DNA of 64,000 nt. Source: an uncultured Methanomassiliicoccales archaeon. GTDB lineage: Archaea > Thermoplasmatota > Thermoplasmata > Methanomassiliicoccales > UBA472. The position numbers were made by a program, and so were the translations under genes. The stretch lies in the NCBI GenBank assembly GCA_963695345.1, contig OY968769.1, positions 1,664,001-1,728,000 of the forward strand, written 5' to 3'. This document shows, one piece after another, positions 21,357-32,975 of this stretch; within the stretch, counting starts at the first letter, position 1, and every line of letters begins with the position of its first letter. The notes under the pieces were generated by a model. The model saw only the letters and a list, made by a program, of their open reading frames with translations. It made no database searches and was not told the DNA's origin.

Positions 21357-22124
21357 TCAACCGTAAAGGTACGATTCCTCGCCCGGTTTCTTGATCTGTT
21401 TCACGCTTTCCATGGCGTTCTTCATCTGCTTCTCGATAGCCTCCGCCTCGGCCCGCAAGGGCTGCGGGTCGAGCTTGATCTCCGGAAGCATCTCGCCGAC
21501 CATCTCGAGCAGCCTCGCTGCCCCTCTGGCATCGGGCATATCTACTTTGGCCGGTCCCAGCAGACACATCACGTCGATGCTCAGCCGGTCTCCTTCTGAT
21601 AGCAGTACGCCGGAGATGCCGGACACCATGCCTTCTCTCATTTCTGATATCCTGTATGTCTTGAGCATGCCCTTCGTCCTGGCGGTCGTTCCCACCCCGA
21701 ATATCCTGCTTTCGTTGGGGGTGTCCGAGGTGTTGACCCCTTCCAAGGTCAGGATCGTGTCGATACCCTTCTTCTGGCACCAATCCAAGATTATCTCGCT
21801 CAGTCTCTTGATCAGGTCGGCCCGGGGCATGAACTCAGACATGATGACCACTATCTGCTCGCACTTCTCCCCGTCGCCGTTACAGATGCGTTTACCCGCA
21901 TAGATCCGTACCGGCGGTGAGGGCGTCCCGTCATGCAATATCGTGTATGGCGGAAAATCATTCGAGATGATGGTGGCGATCCGCTCCAATTTCATCGTTC
22001 TGACTATGTAATTGGCGGCGATGGAGCTTACCAGCCCAACGCTGGGGAACCCGATAACGGCCATGGATTTGGTTATCTGCGCATCCTTGTACTCATGGAG
22101 GAACATGTCTTCGTCCATTTCCAT
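21357..22124 (-). CDS. Proteasome assembly chaperone (PAC2 family)
   Basis: GFPSVGLVSSIA, PPVRIY, GISGVLL, PDARGA, C-terminal YLYG. Confidence 0.9.
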   Translation of the reverse strand: MEMDEDMFLHEYKDAQITKSMAVIGFPSVGLVSSIAANYIVRTMKLERIATIISNDFPPYTILHDGTPSPPVRIYAGKRICNGDGEKCEQIVVIMSEFMPRADLIKRLSEIILDWCQKKGIDTILTLEGVNTSDTPNESRIFGVGTTARTKGMLKTYRISEMREGMVSGISGVLLSEGDRLSIDVMCLLGPAKVDMPDARGAARLLEMVGEMLPEIKLDPQPLRAEAEAIEKQMKNAMESVKQIKKPGEESYLYG

Positions 22125-22236
22125 TACTCCTGGGAAATCATTGATTCGCAAAGGTTAATAATGGTTCGTGAACCACGATTCTCCGCAGGTGAATCGACGG
22201 CAAAGTGATTTACGTCGAGCATGCATTTGGATTTTC

Positions 22237-23514
22237 GTGGCCCAAGAAAGTTTGAACATCACTCACACGCCAGGCGGCATCCCGGTCATCGTCGAGCGCC
22301 TGCCTTACTTCCGGTCGGTGGCGTTGTCGGTGAACGTCAGCGTCGGCTCCCGCGACGAGCCCCAGGACCGCTGCGGCATCGCCCATCTCCTGGAGCATCT
22401 CATGTTCAAGGGGACCAGCGAGCGCAGCACCAAGGAGATATCCGAGATCATCGAGGGGGCCGGCGGAGAGCTGAATGGGTATACCACGAAGGAGCTCACC
22501 TCCTTTCACGTCTTCTCTCTGGACGAGACCGCTGAAACCGCCCAGAACATCCTCTCTGACATGATAGTGAACCCCCTCATTGACGAGGAGCACGTCGAAC
22601 TGGAAAGGAATGTGGTCACCCAGGAGATCAACATGATGATCGATGAGCCGGAGGACTATTCACGGGTGCTGCTGGACCAGACCATCTGGAAGGGACACCC
22701 GTTGGCCACTCCGGAGGCTGGTCTGGTGGAGAGCGTCAAGGGCATCGAGACCTCCGACCTGCGCAGTTTCTTCACGGACAACTACCGGCCCCCCAATCTG
22801 ACGGTCGTCGCCTGTGGCCACGTGGACCGTAAGAAGATACTGAAGTGGGCCAGCGACAGCTTCGACCACTTGCCCCGGGCCAGGAGGGCGCCCGAACGCG
22901 TGCCTCCGGTCACCCATTCCTCGATCAATGTGTTTCCCCGCGAGGGAGATCAGGCATACGTTGAGATGGGATTCCCCGGACTCGATGCGAAGGACCCCGA
23001 GCGGCACGCCGTATGGTTGGCCTGCGGAGTCCTTGGCGCGGGTACGAGCTCCCGCCTGTACCAGCGCATCCGGGAGGACGAGGGGATGGTCTACACCATC
23101 TACACTTATCCTCAGCTGTTCAGCGACTGCGGCCTGATCGAGACCCATTTCTCGACCGAATCGGAAAAGGCCGAGACGGTCATCAGGCATATCGCCGAGG
23201 AAATGAAGCGGCTGAAGGAGGAAGGCCTGGTCCAGGGTGAACTGGAAAGGGCCAAGCGTTGGGTCAAGGGAACCCTGGTACGGAAGCTGGAGAACACCGA
23301 GTCACGCATGTACTGGCTCGGTGAACACTACATGATGACTGGCGAGGTGATGCCGCTGGGCAAGATACTGGAGGATTTCGATAAGGTGACCGAGGACGAT
23401 GTGGTCCGGGTCTCCAACGAGCTGTTCAAGCGCAACAAGCTCTGCGTCGTTCTGCACGCCCCCGACGCGCAGGGCAAGCAGATCGCCAAGAACATCAAGA
23501 CGCTGGACTTCTAG
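22237..23514 (+). CDS. M16 (pitrilysin) family zinc peptidase
   Basis: Inverted HXXEH (HLLEH), LMFKGT, ERNVVTQEI, SSRLYQRIRE. Confidence 0.92.
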   Translation: MAQESLNITHTPGGIPVIVERLPYFRSVALSVNVSVGSRDEPQDRCGIAHLLEHLMFKGTSERSTKEISEIIEGAGGELNGYTTKELTSFHVFSLDETAETAQNILSDMIVNPLIDEEHVELERNVVTQEINMMIDEPEDYSRVLLDQTIWKGHPLATPEAGLVESVKGIETSDLRSFFTDNYRPPNLTVVACGHVDRKKILKWASDSFDHLPRARRAPERVPPVTHSSINVFPREGDQAYVEMGFPGLDAKDPERHAVWLACGVLGAGTSSRLYQRIREDEGMVYTIYTYPQLFSDCGLIETHFSTESEKAETVIRHIAEEMKRLKEEGLVQGELERAKRWVKGTLVRKLENTESRMYWLGEHYMMTGEVMPLGKILEDFDKVTEDDVVRVSNELFKRNKLCVVLHAPDAQGKQIAKNIKTLDF

Positions 23515-23984
23515 GTCCGGTGCTTTCCCTCAATCAGATCGATAACGGTCTGGACCGCCTCGGGCAGCGCGTCCTCTACCTCGGGCGTCATCGTGTCCCC
23601 GACGGTCCACACGTCGTTGACCTCGACCGCGACGAAGAATATCTCCTTCGGCATACGGTCCGGCTCAAGCTTCCTGCCCAGCTCCAGTGCGGTGCCTACA
23701 TTAACTTCGTGCGGGTTAGTACCATGTATCGTGGCATGGAACGACTCCTCGCCGAGGACCATCACCGTTCCGGGGGCATAGTTGTTGGTCACGATCGCAT
23801 CCACCACTATGACCAACTGATAGTCGAGCATCAATTCGATGAGGTCGAGACCGCTGATGCTGGCCTCCTCAAGGTCTATGTCATCCAGGGCCATTGTCCT
23901 CAGCTGGTCGACGATGCGGAAACCGATCGCATCGTCGGTCACGATCGGGCTTCCGATGCCCAGTACTAGCGTCCTTGCTTTCAT
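23511..23984 (-). CDS. Hydrogenase maturation protease
   Basis: LGIGSPIVTDDAIG, VVDAI, NPHE. Confidence 0.9.
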   Translation of the reverse strand: MKARTLVLGIGSPIVTDDAIGFRIVDQLRTMALDDIDLEEASISGLDLIELMLDYQLVIVVDAIVTNNYAPGTVMVLGEESFHATIHGTNPHEVNVGTALELGRKLEPDRMPKEIFFVAVEVNDVWTVGDTMTPEVEDALPEAVQTVIDLIEGKHRT

Positions 23985-24212
23985 CCGTCGCTCTGATGGG
24001 AGATGCCAATAAAAACGTTGTCACAGGTCCCCCTGATCGTTTGAGCACGGTATTTTCAGAGAACGATCCCCCGAAGTGCGTTCGGTCATTTTCCAGAATG
24101 GATATCGTTATACCTGATCAACATGACCAATCGAGAATCACGGGTTTCGAAATCTGTCCGATATCCGATATCGTCCGGTCATCTTTATCCATACAGTTAC
24201 CGATACACCTAC

Positions 24213-25034
24213 GTGAAGCTTGAGCCGAAAGTGGCATTGGAAGTGAACGGCACCGACCTGACATCTCATCAGCTCGAGGTCATCACCGCCATATACCGTC
24301 ACGGCAGCCAGCGTTCCGCCGCCCGCAGCCTCGGCATCACCACTCCGGTTCTGAACCGTTATGTCAGGCAGATCGAGGCCAAGACGAATCTGAAACTGGC
24401 CGAGAGCACCCCGTCCGGGACTATATTGACGTCGGACGGAGAGAAGATCGCCAGGGAATACGAAGCCCTCCGCGCCCGCATGTCCAAGACCACGGCATTG
24501 GTGGTTGGGTGTACGATCATTACCGAGGACCTCCTGCTGTCCTCGCTATCAAGGATCGATCCGGAGGGCCGGTTCGATCTAGTGATATCCGATGACCAGA
24601 GGAACCTGAGGGACTTCCGCGCCGGGATGATGGACCTGGTGGTGCTGGACGACCCGCTCTATGCCTTCGATGAGAGCGAGGCGTTGTTCGATGAGATCGG
24701 TTTCGATAGGCTCCTGCATGTCGACCGGGGTGCGAACTATCTGCGCTTCCTTTACGGGGCCCAGCGAATCGGCTTCAAGCATCTGGAGGTCACGGGAAAG
24801 ACATACCGGGTCGAAAGGACCGAACGTTCACTTACCTCGCTGATGAACTCGAATATGAGTTTCTTCGTGAACGAGAGCTTGGCCGCGAGAAAAGGATTGA
24901 AGATAAAGAGCGATACCGACCCCCGGCTGCTCAGGCATGAGATAATGGCGCTCTACCATGAGGAAAGGCCGGACATCAGCCTCGTTGCTGCTGGAACTGA
25001 AGAAACAGCGTGTTCTCTGATGAACTGCGTATAA
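24213..25034 (+). CDS. LysR/ModE-type HTH transcriptional regulator (true stop may be near 25020)
   Basis: GSQRSAARSLGITTPVLNRYVRQIE...GTILTSDG N-terminal HTH. Confidence 0.8.
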   Translation: MKLEPKVALEVNGTDLTSHQLEVITAIYRHGSQRSAARSLGITTPVLNRYVRQIEAKTNLKLAESTPSGTILTSDGEKIAREYEALRARMSKTTALVVGCTIITEDLLLSSLSRIDPEGRFDLVISDDQRNLRDFRAGMMDLVVLDDPLYAFDESEALFDEIGFDRLLHVDRGANYLRFLYGAQRIGFKHLEVTGKTYRVERTERSLTSLMNSNMSFFVNESLAARKGLKIKSDTDPRLLRHEIMALYHEERPDISLVAAGTEETACSLMNCV

Positions 25035-25080
25035 CCTATATAGGTTACACTTGTAGGATTTTTCATTCATGTTTATATAC
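25032..25080 (+). promoter_or_regulatory. Perfect 16-bp palindrome (25032-25047) upstream of the hdrC TATA box
   Basis: TAACCTAT|ATAGGTTA followed by TTTATATA at about 25072-25079. Confidence 0.6.
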
Positions 25081-25114
25081 ATCGGTCAGGAATCCGGATG
25101 CAAAGGTAATTTCC

Positions 25115-25625
25115 ATGTCCAACATTAAAGAGCCGGACCCGGTATTCACCAAGGCGGTAATAGACGCTGGCGGAAAGACCCTGGACCTTTGCTACCAATG
25201 CGGCACCTGCACGGCCAGCTGCCCATCGGGAAGGAAGACCGGGTTCAGGACCAGACAATTGATTCGGAAAGCACAATTGGGACTGAAGGACGACATCCTG
25301 CCCACCGATGACCTGTGGCTGTGCACCACCTGCTACTCCTGCGTCGAGAGATGCCCGAGGGAAGTAGAGATCACTGACATCATCACTATCATGAGGAACA
25401 TGGCCGTGAAGAAAGGCTACATGGCAGACCAGCACAAGAAGATCGGTGCGTCAATGATGAAGACAGCGACGACCGTACCGCTGGATGACAACATCCTTGC
25501 TCTGAGGGAAAAGATGGGACTTCCGAAGGTACCTCCGATTGGCGATCGGAGACCCGAAGGCACTGGAGGAGTTCAGGGCCGTCATGCGCAAGACTGGTTT
25601 CGACAAGCTCATCGGAGGTGCGTAA
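25115..25625 (+). CDS. hdrC: CoB--CoM heterodisulfide reductase subunit C (frameshift near 25540)
   Basis: CYQCGTCTASCP, LWLCTTCYSCVERCPR. Confidence 0.92.
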
Positions 25626-26475
25626 ATGTCTGGAAAGTTCGGATTCTTCCTCGGCTGCGTAGCGCCGCTGAGATACCCCGGTATCGAGAAGGCCACCCGT
25701 GAGGTCTTCAAGGCCTTGAACTATGAACTGGTAGAGCTGGAAGGAGCAGGCTGCTGCCCGGCTCCCGGTGTCATCAAGTCCTTCGACGAGCCCACCTGGT
25801 TGGCGCTCGCTGCCCGCAACTTGGCGATCGCCGAGAAGAAGGGCGTCGACATCATGACCATCTGCAACGGATGCTACGGTTCGCTGTTCGACGCGAACCA
25901 CGTCCTGCACGAGCACCCGGAGAAGCTGAAACAGGTCAACGAGATCCTGAAGGATGTCGGCCTGCACTACAGCGGCAAGACCAAGGTCAGGCACTTCGCC
26001 GAAGTACTGCACAACGATATTGGCATGGAGAAGGTCCAGGCCGCCGTCAAGAACAAGCTGGACCTGAATGTCGCAGCCCACTATGGCTGCCACTTCATCC
26101 GGCCATCGAAGATCAAGCACCTGGACGACCCAGAGAGGCCAGTCCTGCTGGACGAGTTGATCGAGTGGACCGGCGCCCACAGCCTACAATACAAGGACAA
26201 GAACATGTGCTGCGGAGCAGGCGGCGGCGTCAGGAGCGGACACAGCAGCGTGGCACAAGAGTTCACCACCGAGAAGCTGAAGAACATCAAGGCGGCCGGA
26301 GGCCTGTACATCATCGATGTATGCCCCTTCTGCCACCTGCAGTTCGACAGGGGCCAGAAAGGACTCCGAGTACAACATCCCGGTCGTCCACCTTGCGCAG
26401 CTCTATGGTCTCGCCTTCGGCCTGCCGAAGTCCGATCTAGGACTAGAGGCGCACGAGGTCAAGGTAAACCTGTGA
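25626..26475 (+). CDS. hdrB: CoB--CoM heterodisulfide reductase subunit B (frameshift near 26365)
   Basis: FFLGC, GCCPAPG, TICNGC, HYGCH, MCCGAGGG, CPFCHLQFDRGQ. Confidence 0.93.
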
Positions 26476-26485
26476 GGATGCTGGG

Positions 26486-26779
26486 TTGCACAAAGCCCAT
26501 CTCATAGGCGTCTACACGCTGCGCGACATGCCCGAAGAGCTCACCGGGTTCGTCAACTTCCAGGCAAAGCTGGAGAAGCACGAGCTCCGGATGGACGAGC
26601 GCATCGCCCTGCTGGTGATCGTCGGCACATCATCGTATGTGCCGGTGTTCGTGGAGTCGATCAGCGACCTGACCAGCGCCGAGAAGAAACTGCGGGACCA
26701 GGACGCTGAGATGGACAACGTGACCAGGGAATCGCTCACCAGGGTGATAGCCGAACTCCGGGAGCGTCCCGGGGCGTAA
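26486..26779 (+). CDS. DUF749-like small protein
   Basis: FVNFQA, GTSSY pattern; position directly after hdrB as in other methanogens. Confidence 0.6.
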   Translation: MHKAHLIGVYTLRDMPEELTGFVNFQAKLEKHELRMDERIALLVIVGTSSYVPVFVESISDLTSAEKKLRDQDAEMDNVTRESLTRVIAELRERPGA

Positions 26780-26901
26780 ACTATTTTCCAATCCCTTATC
26801 CTCTATTTTCCTGCCGCGTAACACGAATTAGGAATCGACGGCACGCAATCTTTATATAAAAGTGGTACATTCCCAACTCATCCAATCATAGAGGTATCAT
26901 C

Positions 26902-27649
26902 ATGGCTGCAACATCTACAAAGAAGGACGTTACAAAGGCCGCCTCACGTAAGGTGAAGGACCGGTGGAAGGCGAAGGAGTGGTACAAGGTATACGCTCCC
27001 CGTATGTTCAACCAGGTCCAGCTAGGTGAGACCCCATCCGCCGACCCGTCCAGCCTGACCGGGAGGATCATCGAGGCCACCGTTCACGACCTGACCGGCG
27101 ACTTCTCCAAGATGCACGTCAAGCTGAAGTTCAAGATCACCGAGGTCAACGGATTCGATGCGCACACCGTGCTCATCGGCCAGGACCTCACCAGCGACTA
27201 CATCAGGCGCCTCACCCGGAGGAAGCGCACCAAGACCGACCACGTCATCGACATCACGCACCAAGGACGGATACATCGTCCGCGTGAAGCCGATGAGCAT
27301 CACCGAGAAGAGGATCCAGGCTTCCCAGGAGACCGCCGTCAGGACCCTCATGACCAACGAGCTCCAGACCGCTGGCGCGGAAATGACCATCTCCGACATC
27401 ATCAGGAGCGTCATCTCCGGGGAGATGGCCAAGAGGCTGTCCACCGTCAGCAAGGTCGTCGTACCGATCAAGAGGATCGAGATCCGCAAGACCGAGGTCA
27501 TCCAGATGGGAAGCGCACCGCAGGACGTTCCGGTCTTCGCGGCGCCGGAACCCGAGCCGGAACCCGAGGTAGCGGAAGAAGCACCCGAGGTATCTTCCGA
27601 GGCGCCCGCCGAGGAAGAGATCGCGCCGGCCGATAAGGCCGACGAGTAA
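26902..27649 (+). CDS. rps3ae: 30S ribosomal protein S3ae (eS1), frameshift near 27260
   Basis: KVKDRWKAKEWYKVYAP, DYIRRLTRR, PIKRIEIRKTEV; acidic tail; TATA TTTATATAAA at 26851. Confidence 0.95.
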
Positions 27650-27674
27650 ACCTCTTTAACAAACTCATTTAGAT

Positions 27675-27784
27675 GCCGGGGTGGCTCAGCCTGGTGGAGC
27701 GTCGGACTCATAGGGTTAAGTGGTAATTACAGACCCTTCTCCAGGGCAATCCGAAGGTCGCGGGTTCGATTCCCGTCCCCGGCA
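27675..27784 (+). tRNA. tRNA-Met(CAT), elongator type, with 36-nt intron at 37/38 (27713-27748)
   Basis: GCCGGGG...TCGGA-CT-CAT-A[intron]A-TCCGA...GGTTCGATTCCC...CCCCGGCA. Confidence 0.9.
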
Positions 27785-27903
27785 CTCCCTTTCACTATTC
27801 TCTCATGGTTTCATTCTGGACAGCGTTCCTTGCCTGGTTGGACAGGGGGATTCTCCCAAAACAATTTATCCGGGCGTTCCCGTAGCCAAGGTTCGGTGAA
27901 AGG

Positions 27904-29104
27904 TTGAGGGTGATCATCTATACCGGCAAGGGCGGCGTCGGAAAGACATCGACCGCCGCGGCCACCGCCCTGCGGTCTGCCCACATGGGATACAGGACGA
28001 TCGTTGTGAGCACAGACTCGGCCCATTCTCTGGCGGATTCGCTGGACTTCCCCTTGACCGGCGAGATCAAGAACGTGGAGCAGAACCTGGACGCCATCGA
28101 GGTGGATGTCCTATACGAGATGGAGCACAACTGGAAGGAGATCGGCAAGTACGTCTCCGATTTCCTCGAGGCCCAGGGCATGGACCCGGTCAGCGCCAAG
28201 GAGATGACGGTATGGCCGGGCATGGAGCTGATGTCCGCCCTGTTCTACCTGGACGAGTTCTCCAAGACCGATCGGTACGACGTCGTGGTCATGGACACGG
28301 CGCCGACGGCGGACACGCTGCGCCTGCTGAGCTTCCCGGAGACGTCCGATTGGTACTTCGATAAGCTGTACAAGGTGTTCCGCAACACCATCAGGATCGC
28401 CCGGCTGACCGTGGGCAAGCTCATGAACACGCCATTGCCGTCGAACGAGTTCCTTGACGACCTGGACCTCATACGAACTCGGATGACCTCGGTCAAGAAG
28501 ATACTCACCGACCCGAAGATAACCTCCATCAGGCTGGTGGTGAACCCGGAGAAGATGGTCATCAACGAGACGAAGCGGGCCTTCACCTATCTCTGCCTGT
28601 ACAACCTCACCGTCGAATGCCTGGTCATCAACCGGCTCATACCGCTGGAGGAACGTGACACCTATCCCAAGGAGAAGTGGGTGGAACAGGAAAAGTACAT
28701 GGAGCTGATCGAGGAGTCGTTCAACCCATTGGCGATGCTCAGATCTAACATGTTCAAGACCGAGGTCTTCGGGCGGGACAAGCTTGAACATGCTGGCCTA
28801 CAATATATTCGGCGATACCGACCCCACCCGGCTGTTCTCCACGGACAAGGCCATGGCCATATACCGGGAGGACGGGATGGACATCCTCTCGCTCAAGCTG
28901 CCCTTCTCCAGCAAGGACGAGGTAGAACTTTATAAGGCGGGAGACGTTTTAATTGTCAAGGTCGGATGGTACAAGCGTTCGGTCTCGCTGCCATACTCGC
29001 TGGTCAGGAAGGATGCGACTAAGGCCGAGTTCAAGGATGGTAGGCTCTTAATCAAGTTCGAGGAGGTCAAGAAAGATGGCAAGAAAGAAAGCAACGCCTG
29101 TTGA
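27904..29104 (+). CDS. ArsA/GET3 family ATPase with C-terminal HSP20-like domain (frameshift near 28785)
   Basis: GKGGVGKTS, STDSAHSL, DTAPTADT, VVNPEKMV; C-terminal beta domain ending KAEFKDGRLLIKF. Confidence 0.9.
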
Positions 29105-29411
29105 AGAAGAACCGATGAAGGAAGAGGTCCCGTTCGAGGAGACCGAGAAATGGAACGAGCCCAGCGGGGGAATGATATCGCAGGACACCGTGGGCCACCT
29201 GATGAAGGCAGCCACCGAATTCCTTGGGGCCATGGACACGATCATGCCCAAGAAGAAGGTGCCGAACGAAGTACGGATACACTACAAGGCGGCCAAGAGG
29301 GAAATGCTGCTGATGGCCCGTGCAATATTGGACGCGAAGATCGCCGAGTGCGACAGCGAGAAGACCGTCAAGGAAGAAGAGCCTCGCGTCAGAAAGATAA
29401 ACCTGGAGTGA
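29076..29411 (+). CDS. Small helical hypothetical protein overlapping the ArsA-like gene
   Basis: GGAGG-type SD upstream; two similar H..A..E.L helices; C-terminal RVRKINLE. Confidence 0.7.
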   Translation: MARKKATPVEEEPMKEEVPFEETEKWNEPSGGMISQDTVGHLMKAATEFLGAMDTIMPKKKVPNEVRIHYKAAKREMLLMARAILDAKIAECDSEKTVKEEEPRVRKINLE

Positions 29412-29470
29412 ACGGACGATCCCGTTCCACCCTATTTTCCAATATCATCAATTGTTCTACATTTGCCGGC

Positions 29471-30031
29471 TCATGGACCCAGGTCACGGCACTCTGGGCA
29501 CCTCAGTTCCCCGGAGCTCAGCCTCAGGTCGATGGAGAATTGGCCGCAGTTCTCGCAATAGCCGGTGAACACCTGCGGTTCCTTCTCCCGGCCGATCCCG
29601 CCTCGGTTCACCCTGGACCATTCCCGGGTGAGCTCGATCAATGACGGGGAGATGCGCAGCACATCATTCTCGGTGAGAACTCCCACCAGCTGGTCCCCCT
29701 TAACCACCGGCAGGCGCCTTACGTGCATGGACGACATCCTCTTCGCTGCATCGGAAAGCGATTCCTTCGCCGTGGCGGTGATGAGCGGTGACGACATGAT
29801 CTCCTTGACCAGGGTCTTGGAGGCCACCTTGTTCTCGGAGACGATCTTGTTCAACAGATCCCTCTCGGTGACTATCCCGACCGGAAGTTCGTCTTCGACG
29901 ATGATGAGGCTGCCCACCTTTTCATCCCTCATCACGATGGCAGCCTGCCTGACCGTCATGTCTGGGCTGCCGGTGCGAGGCGACTTGGTCATTACTTCCT
30001 CGACCAGTATGTCCATCGTTCCATCGCTCAT
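29471..30031 (-). CDS. CBS-pair protein with C-terminal zinc ribbon
   Basis: VGIVTERDL, VRRLPVV, GYCENCG...CPEC. Confidence 0.88.
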   Translation of the reverse strand: MSDGTMDILVEEVMTKSPRTGSPDMTVRQAAIVMRDEKVGSLIIVEDELPVGIVTERDLLNKIVSENKVASKTLVKEIMSSPLITATAKESLSDAAKRMSSMHVRRLPVVKGDQLVGVLTENDVLRISPSLIELTREWSRVNRGGIGREKEPQVFTGYCENCGQFSIDLRLSSGELRCPECRDLGP

Positions 30032-30320
30032 GAATGATACTATTCTATTCGTGGGATTAAGTACCTTTCCGGTGAAAAGGCGGCATGGCACAGGCTTGAT
30101 AGGACCTCCAACCGATAGATGTCGCGTGTTCGATCTACGCCAGTAATTCTCATCGACAAGAGTTCCCAGGCTTAGGCATGGCGAACCGGGAGGCACGGAC
30201 CGCAGAGCATCCCGGCCTGAACGAATTCGTTACGTCATGAAAATGTTTTCGGGCTTGAGGGAGAAGGCCCGCCTAACTCGAATAAGCAAGATTCTCCCTC
30301 TTCCGATATTGCGTTGGTCC

Positions 30321-32936
30321 TCAGTCGGAGGCGGTCACTATCCCGCGCTTGCTGAGTACTTCCTTCACCTTGGAAGGCATCCCCGGCTTCTTCGCCCCGA
30401 TCGGCGACCTATGGGGTGCCGTCCTGGAGGGGCCGGCCTTCGATGATTGCTCCGAGGACACGGTCTTAGGATCATCTCCCTCTCTATCGACCTTGAACTG
30501 CGAGGCAATCTTCTGCAGGTTCACCGCCATCTCCGAGAGGGCCTGGGCCCGAGAGGTCATATCCTCCATGCTGGCCGTCAGCTCCTCGGTGGAGGCGGAC
30601 GATTCCTCCGCGGAGGACGCCGTTTCCTCCGCCACGCTCGATATGCTGTCAATGGCGGAAGCCGCCTTACTGGCTCCCTCCTTCTGCGCCTTCATCTCCA
30701 CCTGGAACGTGTTCATCGTCTCTTCGAACGATCCTGTCATCTGGGAGATCTCGCGGAACGCCTTCCCGGTCACTTCCACATGCTCCATGCCTTGGGCGGT
30801 CTCCTTGGTGCCGCGGTGCATGGCTTCAACGGCCTTGGCGGTCTCGCTCTGGACCTCCTTGATCATCTTGGCGATACGCTCGGCGGCCTCCCTCGAGTCC
30901 TCGGCCAGGTTCTTGACCTCCTCCGCGACGACGGCGAAACCGCGTCCCTGGTCCCCGGCCCTGGCGGCCTCTATCGCCGCGTTAAGTGCCAGCAGGTTCG
31001 TTTGGTCCGATATGTTGGTGATGACGTCGACGATCTCTCCGATCTCCTCGGACCTCTTGCCTAGCGATTCGATGACCTTGGCGCTCTCGACGACGACCTT
31101 CTGGATCTCCTCCATCTTCTTGATCGTGTTCTCGACGGTCGTGACGCCGGCATTGGCTCTTTGGGTGGTAGCCCTGGCATCTTCCCCGGCCTTGACGGAG
31201 CGGGCCTGCGTTGTTTCCACGGCCTTAATGACCGATGACATCGCCTTCGCCGTCGCGTCCACCTGCGCCGCCTGTTCCTGTGCTCCCTTGGATATCTCCT
31301 GTATCGCGGAAGATACCTGCTCGGTCGATGCGTTCATCTCCTCCGCCGAGGATGCGAGCTCCTGGGAAGTGGACGAGACCATGTCGACCGAGTTGTTGAC
31401 CTCTCGGAGCAGATCGCACATGCTCTCCCCGATCTTGTCCAGAGATTCGGCGAAAACGGCGAAGTCCCCCTTCGCGTCGATGGATATCCTTTCGGTCAGA
31501 TCGCCACTGGCATACGCTTCTGCCACCCTCATGGCCTCATTGATCGGCCCGATGACCGAATCGAGGGTGTCGTTGAACCCCTGTACGATCTTCTGGTAGT
31601 CACCCTGGTGCTTGCTGGCATCCGCCCGGGTTCTGAGCTTCCCTTCGACCCCGGCCTTCACCAGCGTCTCAGCGTCCACCACCAGGGCTTTGAGGTTCTC
31701 CATCAGTTTGATCATCGAGGGCACCAGCTTGTCGTTCTGGCTCCGTTTTCCGGTCCCGTTGCCGATCTGTTTATAGGCATCCAGCTCGAGGAGGTCGCCT
31801 TTTGAGACGTTCTCCAGGGTGGAGATCACATGCTCGATCCTCGACTGCACCTGGTTGACCGCAGTGGCCACTTCATTGTATATGCCAATATGGGCGCTGT
31901 TGACCTTGACCGTGTAGTCATTCAAAGCCATCCGCTGAAGCACCATGTTCGCTTCCACGAGGCCCCCTAATCCATCGATGCATTGGTTCAGGTTCTTCTT
32001 CAGAACATTAAAGTCCCCTTTGTATTCATCAGTGATCTTGGCTGGGATGACTCCCTTCGAAATGTCATCGACGTATTTCGCGGCCAGGTTCAACGGTCCG
32101 ATCACCGAATCGAGCGTGTCGTTGATGCCCTGGACTATGTCCCTGAACCCTCCCTGGTGTTTGGTGGCGTCCGCCCGGGTGCTCAGCAGTCCGTCGATCG
32201 CCGCCTTGCAAAGCGCCTGAGTATCGTTATTGACGGACCTCAGGTTCGTCCTCACCTGTTCGATCGTTTCGTTGATGAACGCCATCTTGCCCGGGAAGCG
32301 CTCCAGCGGGAAATCGAAGTTGCCCCGCCCGAACTCGGAGACGCAGGCCATCGCCTTGCTGTTCAGCGTCAAATGGCCCTGCACCATGGCGTTCACTCCC
32401 GCGGCCATGGTCCGGTACGCTCCCTCATACTTGTCGGCCGGCATCATGGCGTCGGTGTTGCCGGCTTTGTGTTCGGACGACATCCGTTCCATCTCGCTGA
32501 TGTATGAGGTCAATGCCTCCATGGTCGCCACTATCGATGGAACCAATTGGTCGTTCTCCGACCTCCGGCCCACCTTCTTGAACTCGGCCAACCGGTCAAA
32601 GTTGCCGACAGAGATCCGCTTGAATGCATCCTCCGCGCTGAGAAGGCGCGTCCGCACCAAGTTCGTGGATTCTGCCAGGGTCTTGAAGTCGCCTTCATAT
32701 TGGGTCGACATGCCCTTCGAGAAATCGTTGAACGACATGAAGCCCATTACCCTGATGACCTCATCCAGAGGCTGCTGGTATGAATCCAGCATCCTGTTGA
32801 TCGTTCCTGCAATGCTCTCCAGGCCGGGGCATCTGCCCAAATCGATCCTGGCACCGATCTTTCCGTTCTTGACATCCTTTTCCAGCGTCTCTAAGCAAAC
32901 GGCCAGCTGCGCTAATTCATTAGGGGATCCGTTCAT
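30321..32936 (-). CDS. Soluble methyl-accepting chemotaxis protein with poly-HAMP array
   Basis: [30 protein letters not shown]; repeated RADA.KHQG.(F/Y)..IV.G.N.TLD HAMP units; no TM segment. Confidence 0.93.
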   Translation of the reverse strand: MNGSPNELAQLAVCLETLEKDVKNGKIGARIDLGRCPGLESIAGTINRMLDSYQQPLDEVIRVMGFMSFNDFSKGMSTQYEGDFKTLAESTNLVRTRLLSAEDAFKRISVGNFDRLAEFKKVGRRSENDQLVPSIVATMEALTSYISEMERMSSEHKAGNTDAMMPADKYEGAYRTMAAGVNAMVQGHLTLNSKAMACVSEFGRGNFDFPLERFPGKMAFINETIEQVRTNLRSVNNDTQALCKAAIDGLLSTRADATKHQGGFRDIVQGINDTLDSVIGPLNLAAKYVDDISKGVIPAKITDEYKGDFNVLKKNLNQCIDGLGGLVEANMVLQRMALNDYTVKVNSAHIGIYNEVATAVNQVQSRIEHVISTLENVSKGDLLELDAYKQIGNGTGKRSQNDKLVPSMIKLMENLKALVVDAETLVKAGVEGKLRTRADASKHQGDYQKIVQGFNDTLDSVIGPINEAMRVAEAYASGDLTERISIDAKGDFAVFAESLDKIGESMCDLLREVNNSVDMVSSTSQELASSAEEMNASTEQVSSAIQEISKGAQEQAAQVDATAKAMSSVIKAVETTQARSVKAGEDARATTQRANAGVTTVENTIKKMEEIQKVVVESAKVIESLGKRSEEIGEIVDVITNISDQTNLLALNAAIEAARAGDQGRGFAVVAEEVKNLAEDSREAAERIAKMIKEVQSETAKAVEAMHRGTKETAQGMEHVEVTGKAFREISQMTGSFEETMNTFQVEMKAQKEGASKAASAIDSISSVAEETASSAEESSASTEELTASMEDMTSRAQALSEMAVNLQKIASQFKVDREGDDPKTVSSEQSSKAGPSRTAPHRSPIGAKKPGMPSKVKEVLSKRGIVTASD

Positions 32937-32975
32937 TTTAGTCACCTTTTTTCTGTTTACTGCACAGACCCGATC

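Noticed and set aside
25115-26779. hdrCB without hdrA as a novelty
   Set aside because: Separate hdrA and hdrCB loci are common in methanogens.
27904-29104. ArsA as part of the arsenic resistance system
   Set aside because: Single ATPase domain with an HSP20-like tail, no metalloid-binding Cys set recognised, and about 30 kb from acr3/arsC.
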